Source of the DNA: an uncultured Actinomycetota bacterium
GTDB lineage: Bacteria; Actinomycetota; Aquicultoria; JACQXZ01; CAYGBL01
Direction of reading: 5' to 3'
Assembly: GCA_964348135.1 (NCBI GenBank)
Contig: CAYGBL010000007.1
Coordinates: 9,511-73,510 of the forward strand
Length of the DNA: 64,000 nucleotides
Part shown: positions 1-9,459 of the stretch, piece after piece
Position numbering within the stretch: position 1 is the first letter of the stretch
Layout: each line of letters opens with the position of its first letter
Program-made: the position numbers and the translations under genes
The notes under the pieces: generated by a model
Seen by the model: the letters and a program-made list of their open reading frames with translations, nothing else
What the model was told of the DNA's origin: nothing
Database searches by the model: none

Positions 1-105
1 AAATAGCGGCACCAGGATTGAAAACCGCATTTGCTGGATAGGGCCAGTCCTCAGGTTTTAAGATGGGGTTGTTAGAATAGCGGTGAAAAATGTTCCGTCT
101 CCGTA
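1..105 (-). CDS. Glycoside hydrolase family 130-like protein, 5' end only (the gene runs off the window edge)
   Basis: Minus-strand frame reads (L/M)QEVRRRNIFHRYSNNPILKPEDWPYPANAVFNPGAAI. This is a typical GH130 N-terminus (NPIL..P.DW..P...VFNPGA). The TTG start at 105..103 is preceded by AAGGGAG and an in-frame TAA. Confidence 0.45.
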
Positions 106-600
106 CTTCTTGCAACCCTACTCCCTTTTAAAAAATTACACGAAAGCCTGTCTCCCATTTTAATAACTTGGTATTCTTTCTCTGATATTCGTGAACATAT
201 TTAAAAAACCTTTGCAGACAGATTAACCTTTATCTTTTCTGATCATAAAGTATAATCCCCTCTCCCTTGAAGGATAAGGTATGCGAGGTTACAACTTACA
301 TCAACAGTATTGAAAAATACAAATCATGGACAGGTGGAGTTTTCCAGCTCTTCAGAAACATGGGATTAGAAAACCACATTTATCCAAAACCATAATGAAC
401 CTACATATTCTCAAACAGTCTCGCGTCCTGTATATAGATTCTGCCAAGCCTGTAACTCCAAACTAAAAACGTATCCACAGACTTTGGTCAGAAAAGCTTT
501 ATCTTGAAAACCCTCCTCTTTTCTACCCATAATTGACTATTTTTTTATGCTTATATTATGTCATAATTGAATGAGTTAAATTATGATGGGAGGAAGATTA

Positions 601-930
601 ATGATGGAAGAAAAAAAAGAAACGGAACAAGAGCTACCAAAATATTCGGATATTGCCGAAGAGTTGAAGAACATGGGAACAAATCTAAAAGAAGCATTTA
701 AGGCAGCCACGGAAAGCGAGCGGGCGAAGGACCTTTTAAAACAAGCACAAGATGTCTTCGACAGTTTCATCAATGTGGTGGAGAAATTTGGCCGGAGTAT
801 TAAAAGTGGCCAGCTTGAACGTGATGCACGAACCGGTCTTCACCAGACCCTTTGCGACCTCAACAGGAAACTTGAGGATTATACTGAATCAGCTAAGTCA
901 CAAGAGAAAGAGGAGCAGCAGAACAGCTAA
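601..930 (+). CDS. small hypothetical charged protein
   Basis: The ORF-track call is 583..930. The likely start is ATG 601 after GGGAGGAAG. No recognisable domain. Confidence 0.35.
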   Translation: MMEEKKETEQELPKYSDIAEELKNMGTNLKEAFKAATESERAKDLLKQAQDVFDSFINVVEKFGRSIKSGQLERDARTGLHQTLCDLNRKLEDYTESAKSQEKEEQQNS

Positions 931-1200
931 AATGGGCTGCCATTTTCTTCTACGAGTTATCTAGAAGAAAAATCAATGACGAACTTAAAAAAACCTTTGT
1001 AGAGCTAAAAAAGATACTTAAGCAATATAAAAATATTTTAGGGTTAGAATAGAACGTGCTGGAAGGTTCGAACTCTGGTCTGATAAAGAAATGACTATCG
1101 AAGTCCGAAAGAAAAGAGGGGCTAAGACCGTAATTCAAGCTGCCCTTGTCAAAGGATTTGATCTCTATATAAAGAGAAGTTGGATCTGAGGGAGAAAAAT

Positions 1201-1587
1201 ATGTCAGAGAAAAGCATCGTACAGAAACTGACAATTAAGCCTGGCCGAAAAGTTCTCTTCGTTAATCCGCCGAAAGGTTACGAAGCCTTGCTCGGTAATC
1301 TCCCTGAGAATGTTACTGTCTTAAAGAAACCCATTGAGCCTATTGATGTAATCCAGGTCTTCGTTACTTCAAAACAAGAACTGGAAAAACAGCTCAAGGT
1401 ATTGAAACTAGTACTGGCTCCCAAGGGAACGCTGTGGGTCACCTATCCCAAGGGTACGTCGAAGATCAAGACTGATATCAACAGAGACATTATTCGCAAA
1501 TACGCAGAATCAATAGGATTAAAGGCAGTCGCAATGTTTGCTGTAGATGAAGTCTGGTCTGCGCTGAGATTAAAAGCTATCAAGTGA
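1201..1587 (+). CDS. DUF3052 domain protein
   Basis: The ORF-track call is 1180..1587. The internal ATG at 1201 follows GAGGGAGAAAAAT. The pattern IKPG.KVL..NPP.GY...LG.LP..V......DVI..FV......L.......L.P.G.LWV.YPK..S....DI.RD matches DUF3052. Confidence 0.6.
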   Translation: MSEKSIVQKLTIKPGRKVLFVNPPKGYEALLGNLPENVTVLKKPIEPIDVIQVFVTSKQELEKQLKVLKLVLAPKGTLWVTYPKGTSKIKTDINRDIIRKYAESIGLKAVAMFAVDEVWSALRLKAIK

Positions 1588-1627
1588 TTGTTATTCCTCA
1601 CAAATGTTAAGCCTTGACTCTACCCCC

Positions 1628-1846
1628 CTACTTTTTAAGCTTTTGGACTATCTCGCCTGAGTTAGGGAATCTACCCGTTTCGAACCTGGAAAATACTAGC
1701 TTGTTATCCACGATAACGTCAAAGATGCCACCGCTTCCAGGGACCAGTTCCGACTCAACACCAAATGCCTGCCGCAACTCATCTGCCAGACTGGCAGCTT
1801 TGGGCTTATAGTCTCACTCTGTGCAATAGCAGATTTTAACGTCCAT
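1628..1846 (-). CDS. SelW/Rdx-family selenoprotein with in-frame UGA (Sec) at 1816..1814
   Basis: The minus strand reads ATG(1846) MDVKICYCTE-[TGA]-DYKPKAASLADELRQAFGVESELVPGSGGIFDVIVDNKLVFSRFETGRFPNSGEIVQKLKK-TAG(1630..1628). A CxxU motif at the N-terminus is the SelW/Rdx redox-motif signature. A GGAGGTG RBS sits 5 nt upstream of the ATG. Without readthrough the ORF would be only 10 codons, yet the downstream frame stays open and conserved-looking for 61 codons. Confidence 0.7.
1783..1797 (-). promoter_or_regulatory. SECIS-like hairpin 16 nt downstream of the UGA codon
   Basis: CUGCCAG-U-CUGGCAG is a perfect inverted repeat inside the coding sequence immediately 3' of the UGA. That is the usual position of a bacterial SECIS. 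Confidence 0.5.
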
Positions 1847-2069
1847 GATACACCTCCATTTTTCTTTGCTAGTCCTACAAAAACAAAAATGATTTCAGGA
1901 GCTCCGCAATAAGGACTGTATTCTTAGTTTTGACAAACAAAGTCTGGAATCCTCTACGTGTCGAGCGCAAATACGGCCCAGGCATTTTTGCCGGTTCTTC
2001 AAATATAAATTTTTAACAGTGTTTACTTATCATTTTCGGTGACCCGCGGTTTACAAAAACATTATTACC

Positions 2070-2435
2070 TTAAGTAGATGGTTCACTCTCAATGATTCCA
2101 AGTATATTTCCTTCAGTGTCCTCGCAATAGGCATGAAAGCCTATACCAGGAATTTCTGTTTTAGGCATTATGACTTTTCCTTCTGCTTTTGCTATCTTCT
2201 CTAAGAATTCATCAATCGAAGGAACTTCAATTGTATTTACAGTCATTTGTTTCTGATCCGCTCTATGCTTTATGGCACCATTTATTCCAGGTTCGTTTTC
2301 TTCCCCCGTTGTGACTAACCAATAATCTACAGGACCTTCCCATTTCTCTATTTTCCATCCAAATACGTCCTGATAAAATTTCACCGCCCGGTCCGGGTTA
2401 TCCGCAGCTAATTCAAAATGAACAACTCTTTTCAT
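2070..2435 (-). CDS. VOC/glyoxalase-family protein
   Basis: 121 aa. It carries a HFEL..D...A..FY..VFGW glyoxalase-fold N-terminus. Confidence 0.75.
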   Translation of the reverse strand: MKRVVHFELAADNPDRAVKFYQDVFGWKIEKWEGPVDYWLVTTGEENEPGINGAIKHRADQKQMTVNTIEVPSIDEFLEKIAKAEGKVIMPKTEIPGIGFHAYCEDTEGNILGIIESEPST

Positions 2436-2763
2436 AGTTTATTCCTTTCCTTGTTTTTACTTATTAACCAGCATTATTTTATAGCTCAATTCCCCACCCA
2501 CACTTGAGCAAAGGAAAAATTCTTCCTGTTCTCTTCACATATTCTTTGTGTTAAACATAATCTCCCTTCCTGCTGTATGAACAGACCAGGTTGCTTGGGA
2601 TTTCCAATTGAGACTATATCTTCGCTTTTGATAGTCGAATTAGAATCGATTTCAAATGTCAAACAATAGAGACAACTTTTCACTTAACTATAATCCCTCT
2701 CCTTATGGGAGAGGGTAAGGTGAGGGTGTACCTGCCAGAATGAGCTGTTATATAAAGATCAGA

Positions 2764-3216
2764 TTATTCGAAAAGTTTTTTATACTCTCCGTACCCTTCT
2801 TCTTCCAATCTTTCTTTTGGGATGAACTTAAGGGCCGCAGAATTTATGCAATACCGCAGACCAGTTGGCTGGGGGCCATCGTCAAATACGTGCCCTAGAT
2901 GTGAGTCACCACTTCTGCTTCGTACTTCTGTTCTCTCAATAGACAGGCTCTTATCTTCTTTTTCCACCACAGCATCCGGTTTTATCGGTTTTGTAAAACT
3001 CGGCCAGCCTGTTTTAGAATCATATTTATCATGGGAGCTAAAAAGGGGCTCCCCAGTGACAACGTCAACATAAATCCCTTCTCTTTTGTTATCCCAATAC
3101 TCGTTATCAAAGGGTTTTTCAGTTGCGCATTCTTGAGTTACGTCATATTGAAGTGGGTTTAATTTTTTTCTCAATTCTTTATCCGATGGTTTCTCAAACC
3201 TGGATTTCGCACTCAT
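2764..3216 (-). CDS. msrB: peptide-methionine (R)-S-oxide reductase MsrB
   Basis: It carries the RYCINSAAL active-site region and lies adjacent to msrA. Confidence 0.9.
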   Translation of the reverse strand: MSAKSRFEKPSDKELRKKLNPLQYDVTQECATEKPFDNEYWDNKREGIYVDVVTGEPLFSSHDKYDSKTGWPSFTKPIKPDAVVEKEDKSLSIERTEVRSRSGDSHLGHVFDDGPQPTGLRYCINSAALKFIPKERLEEEGYGEYKKLFE

Positions 3217-3219
3217 ATC

Positions 3220-3756
3220 TTACCCCCACATTTTTTTGAGATACTGGTCACGCCCAGACCCGGCTCTATATAACTTATATCTTACAGGTCGTTTTTTGTA
3301 GTAATTCTGGTGGTAGTCTTCTGCTTCCCAGAATCCGGTATATTCCCTGATTTCAGTAACAATCCGTTTGTCATACCGTCCTGATTTCTCCAGGGCATTC
3401 CTGGATTCCTCCGCCAGCCGCTTTTGATTCTCGTTATGATAGAAAATAGCTGACCGGTACTGAGAACCTCTATCAGCAAAAGAGCCTTCTTCGTCAGTAG
3501 GATCAATTTGCTTCCAAAAAACATCTAGAAGTTCCAAATAACTCGTTTCACCAGGATTAAAGGTAATTTGAACCGCTTCAACATGGCCAGTTGTACCAGA
3601 AGATACTTCTTCATAGGTAGGCTTTTCCTTGTTGCCACCAGTATACCCGGAGACTATACTCTTTACTCCGGGAAGCTTTTCAAAGGGCTGCACCATACAC
3701 CAAAAACAACCTCCAGCGAAAGTGGCTTTTTCAAGCTTTTCGGAATTATTTTTCAT
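3220..3756 (-). CDS. msrA: peptide-methionine (S)-S-oxide reductase MsrA
   Basis: It carries the GGCFWC active-site motif. Confidence 0.9.
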   Translation of the reverse strand: MKNNSEKLEKATFAGGCFWCMVQPFEKLPGVKSIVSGYTGGNKEKPTYEEVSSGTTGHVEAVQITFNPGETSYLELLDVFWKQIDPTDEEGSFADRGSQYRSAIFYHNENQKRLAEESRNALEKSGRYDKRIVTEIREYTGFWEAEDYHQNYYKKRPVRYKLYRAGSGRDQYLKKMWG

Positions 3757-3789
3757 AGATATACCTCCCCCTTTCTCTTTACTTCAATA

Positions 3790-4248
3790 TTACCCATTAT
3801 GGGTCTGAGTATCTCTATGCAACATCCTCAGCAATGTCAAATGTGAACCAAACAGAGTCGTTAAGAGCTGTAGGAATGGTGATATCAAAATCATCAAAAC
3901 CAACCAGCCGATGAAGCTTGCTTTCGGATCATAAAGGATGAAAGGAACTCCAAGGTTTGTGTAGTCAGTGCTAGGATCAAACAGTATCACAGCCCACGGC
4001 CCCCAGATGGCCGCCATGACAACAAAGGTGTAAGCTGAAGTAGCTATGGCATAGAGCAAGAGCTTTCTCAAGATTTCCACGGTTTGCTCTCCAACAGCAG
4101 CCATAGATCTGATAATATACCAGCCCACAAAGAAGCCAAAGAGAATGCATAAGATAGGCACCCCCATTCCCATACCAATAAAGACCGTATCCAGAATTAT
4201 GAAGATTGCAAAAGCCCATGCACGTCTGATTGTAAAGAGCTTATTCAC
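3790..4248 (-). CDS. hypothetical membrane protein
   Basis: 152 aa, several predicted TM helices, no recognisable motif. Confidence 0.45.
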   Translation of the reverse strand: MNKLFTIRRAWAFAIFIILDTVFIGMGMGVPILCILFGFFVGWYIIRSMAAVGEQTVEILRKLLLYAIATSAYTFVVMAAIWGPWAVILFDPSTDYTNLGVPFILYDPKASFIGWLVLMILISPFLQLLTTLFGSHLTLLRMLHRDTQTHNG

Positions 4249-4328
4249 AGTTCTTCTCGATCAGCTATATATATAGTTTGCGTCTTTTAAGAATAAAACA
4301 ATACTTCCTATTTAAATAGTTATTCCCT

Positions 4329-5120
4329 TTACTGTAGTTCCTCTTTAAGGATTTTGTAGAATTCTAACCTGGCCTCCCGCTCGACCCAGGGACTGTGCCC
4401 ACAGTTCTTGAGCAGGATAAATCGAAAGCTCTTCAGAACAGCAGAAAGAGGCCTTTGAACCCCTTCAGCCGGATGGGGGTCATAGTCGCCGTGAATTGCA
4501 ACCACCGGACATTTGATACGTTTTGCGAGACCAAGTAGCTTTCCGTCCCTTCTCATTTCCGCGGCATCTCTCCACACACTATGAAAGATATCCCCTTTGC
4601 TACCAACCAGGTCAGATTCACCTGATTCGTCTGTGATCGGGTTATACTCATCGGTTTTTGAGGATAGCGCTCTAAGCCGTGCAAATGCAGTGTTTTTATC
4701 TTTAGCTGTAGGATTATTTAAAATTTCAATGAGAGATTTAGCCTCTATTCTATCCTCCTTACTAAGACGGTTTAACCTGGTCTCTAGAATTCTTGCACCA
4801 TATTTTTCTTCAAAGGGGCCACTTCCAATAAGAATTAATTTTTTGATGATTGCGATATAACGGGCAGCAACGATGAAACTGAGCCAGGCTCCCCAGGAAA
4901 AGCCAATCAAGGTAATGGGAAGATCTCCGTGATCTTCCAGAACCGTTTTCAACTCCTCAACTTGTCCTTCAAGGGATGTTGCTGTTTGAATCGGTTCCAA
5001 TATCCCCCAGCCGGATGAGAGCTCACGCGCGACCGGAGCCATCTCCCCACCCGCACCCGGACCACCGTGAATGACTGCTACTTTAAAGGGTGCCTTTCCG
5101 TATTTTCTCAGGTTTTTCAT
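4329..5120 (-). CDS. alpha/beta-fold hydrolase
   Basis: The HGGPG..G N-terminal region and a GFSWG nucleophile elbow (G-x-S-x-G) are both present. Confidence 0.8.
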   Translation of the reverse strand: MKNLRKYGKAPFKVAVIHGGPGAGGEMAPVARELSSGWGILEPIQTATSLEGQVEELKTVLEDHGDLPITLIGFSWGAWLSFIVAARYIAIIKKLILIGSGPFEEKYGARILETRLNRLSKEDRIEAKSLIEILNNPTAKDKNTAFARLRALSSKTDEYNPITDESGESDLVGSKGDIFHSVWRDAAEMRRDGKLLGLAKRIKCPVVAIHGDYDPHPAEGVQRPLSAVLKSFRFILLKNCGHSPWVEREARLEFYKILKEELQ

Positions 5121-5280
5121 AGGGATTTACCTTATTATTTAAACCAAACATGAGGTTATGTTTAAGAATAAGCGAAGCTTTGAAGAAAGGCAAAAAGATT
5201 AGATTTCGGAAAATCAAAGCTCAGGAGATATTCCAATCTTACAGCAATTTATACGTGGCACTTAAATTAACCATTAGCGA

Positions 5281-5304
5281 TATGGTTAACATATGTTAAC
5301 CATA
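5281..5304. promoter_or_regulatory. 22-bp perfect palindrome ATGGTTAACATATGTTAACCAT (putative operator)
   Basis: It is a perfect dyad 160 bp upstream of the alpha/beta hydrolase gene. A related half-site pair ATATGTGGTTtttAACCATATAC occurs at 29250..29272 upstream of the UPF0182 gene. Confidence 0.4.
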
Positions 5305-5318
5305 TGCGGGACTTCTTT

Positions 5319-5735
5319 CTAGCGGGCGCCTGCTTCTATTTCGTCAATAAAGCGATTGATTGTATTTTTGGTAACTTTTCCAACAATCCATCCGGTTCCC
5401 GGAAATTTCGGTGTGAATTGAGCATCCCAACGAATTTCGGTCGAATTACCTCTTGAGCTAATTTTAACGGTCGCCAGATAGTCTTTCATCGGCGCACCGG
5501 ATAAAATTCGATAGGTGAATGGCTTTGGTGGATTAACGGATTCTAACCGTTCTCGAACCTGAACTCGACCAATAATAATAGTTCTTACTGTGCCGACTCC
5601 ATTTAATTCAGGACTTCCCTTCTCTTCCACCTGGACTGAAATTGCAGGGCCAGGAAATTTTGTAAAATCGCTTGCAATAGCCCACACTTTTTGAGCTGGC
5701 AAATCCAGCATCTTTGTGATCGTAAATCCTTCCAT
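5319..5735 (-). CDS. SRPBCC (Bet v1/AHSA1-like) family protein
   Basis: 138 aa with an architecture typical of polyketide-cyclase/START-like proteins. Confidence 0.55.
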   Translation of the reverse strand: MEGFTITKMLDLPAQKVWAIASDFTKFPGPAISVQVEEKGSPELNGVGTVRTIIIGRVQVRERLESVNPPKPFTYRILSGAPMKDYLATVKISSRGNSTEIRWDAQFTPKFPGTGWIVGKVTKNTINRFIDEIEAGAR

Positions 5736-5976
5736 TTTTCACCTCCTTTACTTAATTACTTATAGTCTGTTTACAAAGAAGAAGCTTGAAAGAAAGATGC
5801 AAGGGTTAATTTTCGAAAAATCAAAGCTATATGAAGAACCGTCCTTTGCTCTGTATTATCTTAAATGTCAAACATAAAGATACGAGTCTCCCCTATGTTC
5901 TTTAGACGGAATTACGACTACTAGTGCTTCGCTGCAAGACTTAGCCCTATTTTCCCTTTTATCTTATAGCAAATAA

Positions 5977-6465
5977 CTAGTAATTCTCACTTTCCAAAAT
6001 CTCTTTAAGATTTTCTCCCTCTTCTTTCATATGTTTCTTACCGACCTCGACTAAAATATCAAATCCTTTCCTCATTAATATACGAAAAAATCTTTCACAT
6101 CTCATATAAGTTTTGGCCGTAAAAACAGAATTTAAGCCTTTGGGTTCAATTAACCATTCAAACTTAGGAGATACTATGGATATTGGGAAAGAACATTTGA
6201 ACACAATCCTTCTGTTCGGAACGCTTTCGCTAATGGTTCCTTCATATTCTTTTATTTTTCCCATCACATATTCTTCAGCATAAAATTTGGAGCCCGATTC
6301 CATTGGTTTTCCTTCAGTCCATTTAAATAAAACATGGTCTTCAGGATGCCAGGTTTTATAATTCTTTTCAAGGTCGGTAAAAAATGCCCAAATTTTTTCA
6401 GGTGTTTTTATTTCTATTGAATCTTTTAATTCTAATTGTTTGAACAATGCCATATTACTTATCAA
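5977..6465 (-). CDS. SRPBCC-like family protein
   Basis: 162 aa with a similar fold signature. It shares a duplicated upstream segment with the hydrolase gene. Confidence 0.5.
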   Translation of the reverse strand: MISNMALFKQLELKDSIEIKTPEKIWAFFTDLEKNYKTWHPEDHVLFKWTEGKPMESGSKFYAEEYVMGKIKEYEGTISESVPNRRIVFKCSFPISIVSPKFEWLIEPKGLNSVFTAKTYMRCERFFRILMRKGFDILVEVGKKHMKEEGENLKEILESENY

Positions 6466-6642
6466 ATTTATTGAATGGCATAAAGCCCTGCTTCTATAAT
6501 CAGAATCTCAGGGTAAGGCTTACACTTTTCACTTAATCCCTATTGCCACCTCTCCGTTTGCTGCACCAGAATGTCAATAGTGTAGACCTACCCACCTGAA
6601 GGATCTGCCTAAGTAGCAAGAAAATTCAATTGCATTGAGCTG

Positions 6643-7290
6643 TTAAGAGTTTGCAATCTTATATTTACCGATGAATTTTTGTGCCTTCTTCCTGGTTGCA
6701 TTCCTGGTGTTTTTGAGCTGATCTCTTATGAGTTTGATTACCGGTTCTTTGTCTTCAATCTGACTAAAAAACTGGTCAAAAGAGTTTATGACATGTCCCA
6801 GGGCAACATTACGGCACTCGGTTGTCTGGTATTTTGCCCTTTCTACCTTTAAGAACTCTTTGGTAATCTTTTCGGTAAGCTTAGGTTTTGCCAATGCAAT
6901 CTTTGCTCCCCCCTTGATTACATTAGCAGCAGGGATCAACTCTGACCCAGAGATAGGTGCAAAGTATTTACCAAAGATATGGTCAAATTTATTCTCTGAG
7001 TCCATACCGGCCAGATTGGCAATAATAAGGATGGCACCCCATCTGAGGAAAGTATTATCACTGTCAAGAAGGTTTATGAAAAAGTCCGTTTTAGGATAGA
7101 GTATCTCTGGTTTCTTCTCACTGATAAGGCGGAGGATTTTTTCACACCCATACTTGATGTCTGCTTTCTCTGTGCTTAATCCATCAAAAACTTGTGAAAG
7201 CAGTTCCGGTTTTTTAATAACTCTTTCTGCTATCCTCTCTATGCTCACTTCTTTTTTAACAATTTGCTGGAGTAATTCGGATGTTGGCAA
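6643..7290 (-). CDS. HEAT-repeat protein, possibly DNA alkylation repair (AlkD-like)
   Basis: 215 aa, all-helical repeat character. The assignment is weak. Confidence 0.35.
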   Translation of the reverse strand: MPTSELLQQIVKKEVSIERIAERVIKKPELLSQVFDGLSTEKADIKYGCEKILRLISEKKPEILYPKTDFFINLLDSDNTFLRWGAILIIANLAGMDSENKFDHIFGKYFAPISGSELIPAANVIKGGAKIALAKPKLTEKITKEFLKVERAKYQTTECRNVALGHVINSFDQFFSQIEDKEPVIKLIRDQLKNTRNATRKKAQKFIGKYKIANS

Positions 7291-7374
7291 GACTCAACTC
7301 CTAACCTGTTCCTGGAGTTTTTATATTAGACCTTTTTGGGTTTGAGGGGCTTCACAGTCAGCTGGGTTGACTTG

Positions 7375-7866
7375 CTATATGTTAAATTCTTCGCAATAAC
7401 TTACAGATTTTTTTTCAGGTTCTTTCTCTAATTCTTCCCCCATGACCATAAAATGATTACCATCGGGGTCAAATTTTGAATAATAATTATATTCTCTTGC
7501 CAGTTTAAATCCAAACCGGCAGTAATATTCAGAATCACCTAAAACAAATATTCTTTTATATCCTTTCGCAAGGGCCGTTCGATTGCCTTGCCGGATTAGT
7601 TTTGATCCAATGCCTTGATTTTGGTAATCTGGTAAAACCGCAACAGGAGCCAAACCTAGACCAACGAAATCGGTATTGTCATATATCGGACTGTATGCGA
7701 TGTGTCCTACTATTTTGCCGTCAAGTTCACATACGAGTGAAATAATAAGTCTTTTATCTTTTCTCAAATTATTGACAATTTTTGCTTCGTCTGCTCCACC
7801 AAAAGCCTTATTATGGATTTCCGTAATATGATTTATATCAGACTCTTTTTCGCTCCGAATTTTCAT
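7375..7866 (-). CDS. GNAT family N-acetyltransferase
   Basis: It carries the Q.QGIGSKLI acetyl-CoA binding motif. Confidence 0.85.
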   Translation of the reverse strand: MKIRSEKESDINHITEIHNKAFGGADEAKIVNNLRKDKRLIISLVCELDGKIVGHIAYSPIYDNTDFVGLGLAPVAVLPDYQNQGIGSKLIRQGNRTALAKGYKRIFVLGDSEYYCRFGFKLAREYNYYSKFDPDGNHFMVMGEELEKEPEKKSVSYCEEFNI

Positions 7867-8021
7867 TTTTATTTTCTCTGTAGTAGAGTATTCTGCATAA
7901 AACCAGGGTCAGGGTCAAGTGTTAGGGTCGTATCTTTACTTTTGATAAATAAAGTCGGAGTGCCTTCTAAATATCAGATATAAAGATGCGACCCCTTCTC
8001 TCTTCTGAGATGCCGCTATCC

Positions 8022-8183
8022 CTACCTCTTATCCATTCCCTTTTCTTTCATCATTGCCTTCGTGCGCTTACTTGTTTCATCAGCTTTTGTGAGCAGCCAA
8101 ATCATAGTTCCCAGACACACGAGGAAAATGCCAACCCCAATAGGTCCCGTCCAATAAAACAGTAGAAAAAAAGTATCTTCCAT
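8022..8183 (-). CDS. small membrane protein (53 aa), absent from the ORF track
   Basis: ATG 8183 is preceded by GGAGGAAG. The product is MEDTFFLLFYWTGPIGVGIFLVCLGTMIWLLTKADETSKRTKAMMKEKGMDKR, one TM helix plus a basic tail. It lies directly downstream of the CPBP genes. Confidence 0.4.
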   Translation of the reverse strand: MEDTFFLLFYWTGPIGVGIFLVCLGTMIWLLTKADETSKRTKAMMKEKGMDKR

Positions 8184-8422
8184 TCTTCCTCCTTCCACTA
8201 CTCATTAATTCTTTTGCTGCACTATGTAGGTACCCAAAGTGACGCCAAGAAATGTAAACTACTAAATCATCTTACTTCAAACCAAATTCGCTAATATATA
8301 TAATATTCCTACCTTTGAGAATTGAATTAGATGCATTATTGGGTAAAGCATAGGATTTTAAGTGCTTTATCACAGGACTTAATCCTGCTATTCCACTAGC
8401 TCAATTGTCATCTATCAGCGGA

Positions 8423-9334
8423 CTATGTGTTTGCTCTGTTCCACGGTTTCACTTCAGGCATTTGGAACCGCTTTGCCATTACTCTGAAAAGCAAAATGAC
8501 AACTAAATAGCCAAGAGTCAGCACAATTTGTAATACTGCCATGTCAGAGTCAAGCCCTTCGACTGTCCGAATATGCAGCATATTAAGTACGGAGTTGTTG
8601 ATGGTATGCACAAGCCAGGCGGCCCACAAGTTATTTGTTACAAGATATAGATAGCCCATCGCAAATCCATAAATACCTGTTGCGATTAGCACTATAATAG
8701 ACTGAAACACAGTACTTCCCAGATCCATTTGCCCTGTGATGAACTGTTTAGCCGGCCAGTTGAGATGCCAGAGCGCAAAAAGTGCTGCCTGTAAGAAATT
8801 CGCTCCCCAGAATGTGAGAGATACACGGAAGTGACGGAGCATCACACCCCGGAACAATCCTTCTTCCATAAACGAATTAATAAAATTTCCTACGATAAGC
8901 AAAAGTGCGAATGACAAGCTCCCGGTCATTCCTGTCTTTGGATCAATGGCGGTAAGTACTAGAGACGGTTCCTTGCCGGCAATAACCAGAATACTGAACT
9001 GAAGCCCATAGCTTACCAGCAAGACGAGTGCCACACCACCGGCACCAATTGCCAGAGCTTTCCCCACTGACCTGCCATGCAAGCCGATAGCTGTGAGCGA
9101 CCTTCCAACAGCCCAGAGGTACAGAATAACCAGCAGAAAGCCGAGTGACTTGGATAAAATAATTTCACCCAATAGTTCATCCAGCCGCAAAACGAACACG
9201 TCTATAATCTTGAGGGCTGCGGCGATAAGAAAGAGTATCAGCGGTATCAGGATAGTATGCTTTAAAGACAGCTCGTATAAAGCACGATGAAACGTCCGTT
9301 CATTCTTTTCTGCTGACATTGGTGGATTCACCAC
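8423..9334 (-). CDS. CPBP family intramembrane glutamic endopeptidase (CAAX protease/Abi-like)
   Basis: It carries the EEGLFRG and FALWH motifs. Confidence 0.8.
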   Translation of the reverse strand: MVNPPMSAEKNERTFHRALYELSLKHTILIPLILFLIAAALKIIDVFVLRLDELLGEIILSKSLGFLLVILYLWAVGRSLTAIGLHGRSVGKALAIGAGGVALVLLVSYGLQFSILVIAGKEPSLVLTAIDPKTGMTGSLSFALLLIVGNFINSFMEEGLFRGVMLRHFRVSLTFWGANFLQAALFALWHLNWPAKQFITGQMDLGSTVFQSIIVLIATGIYGFAMGYLYLVTNNLWAAWLVHTINNSVLNMLHIRTVEGLDSDMAVLQIVLTLGYLVVILLFRVMAKRFQMPEVKPWNRANT

Positions 9335-9459
9335 TTAGTCAAATAAAAAACAACAGCTCAATACTTTTAGCATTTTACTATCGGCTAAACTCACTGAATG
9401 AGCGGCATTAGTATATTCATAGCTGCATGCGGTATAGCGACAGGAATCAAGCTTTTTCT

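Noticed and set aside
950-1234. ORF 950..1234 (-, 94 aa)
   Set aside because: It overlaps the RBS and start of the DUF3052 gene on the opposite strand. It is low complexity (Ser/Phe-rich) and has no RBS.
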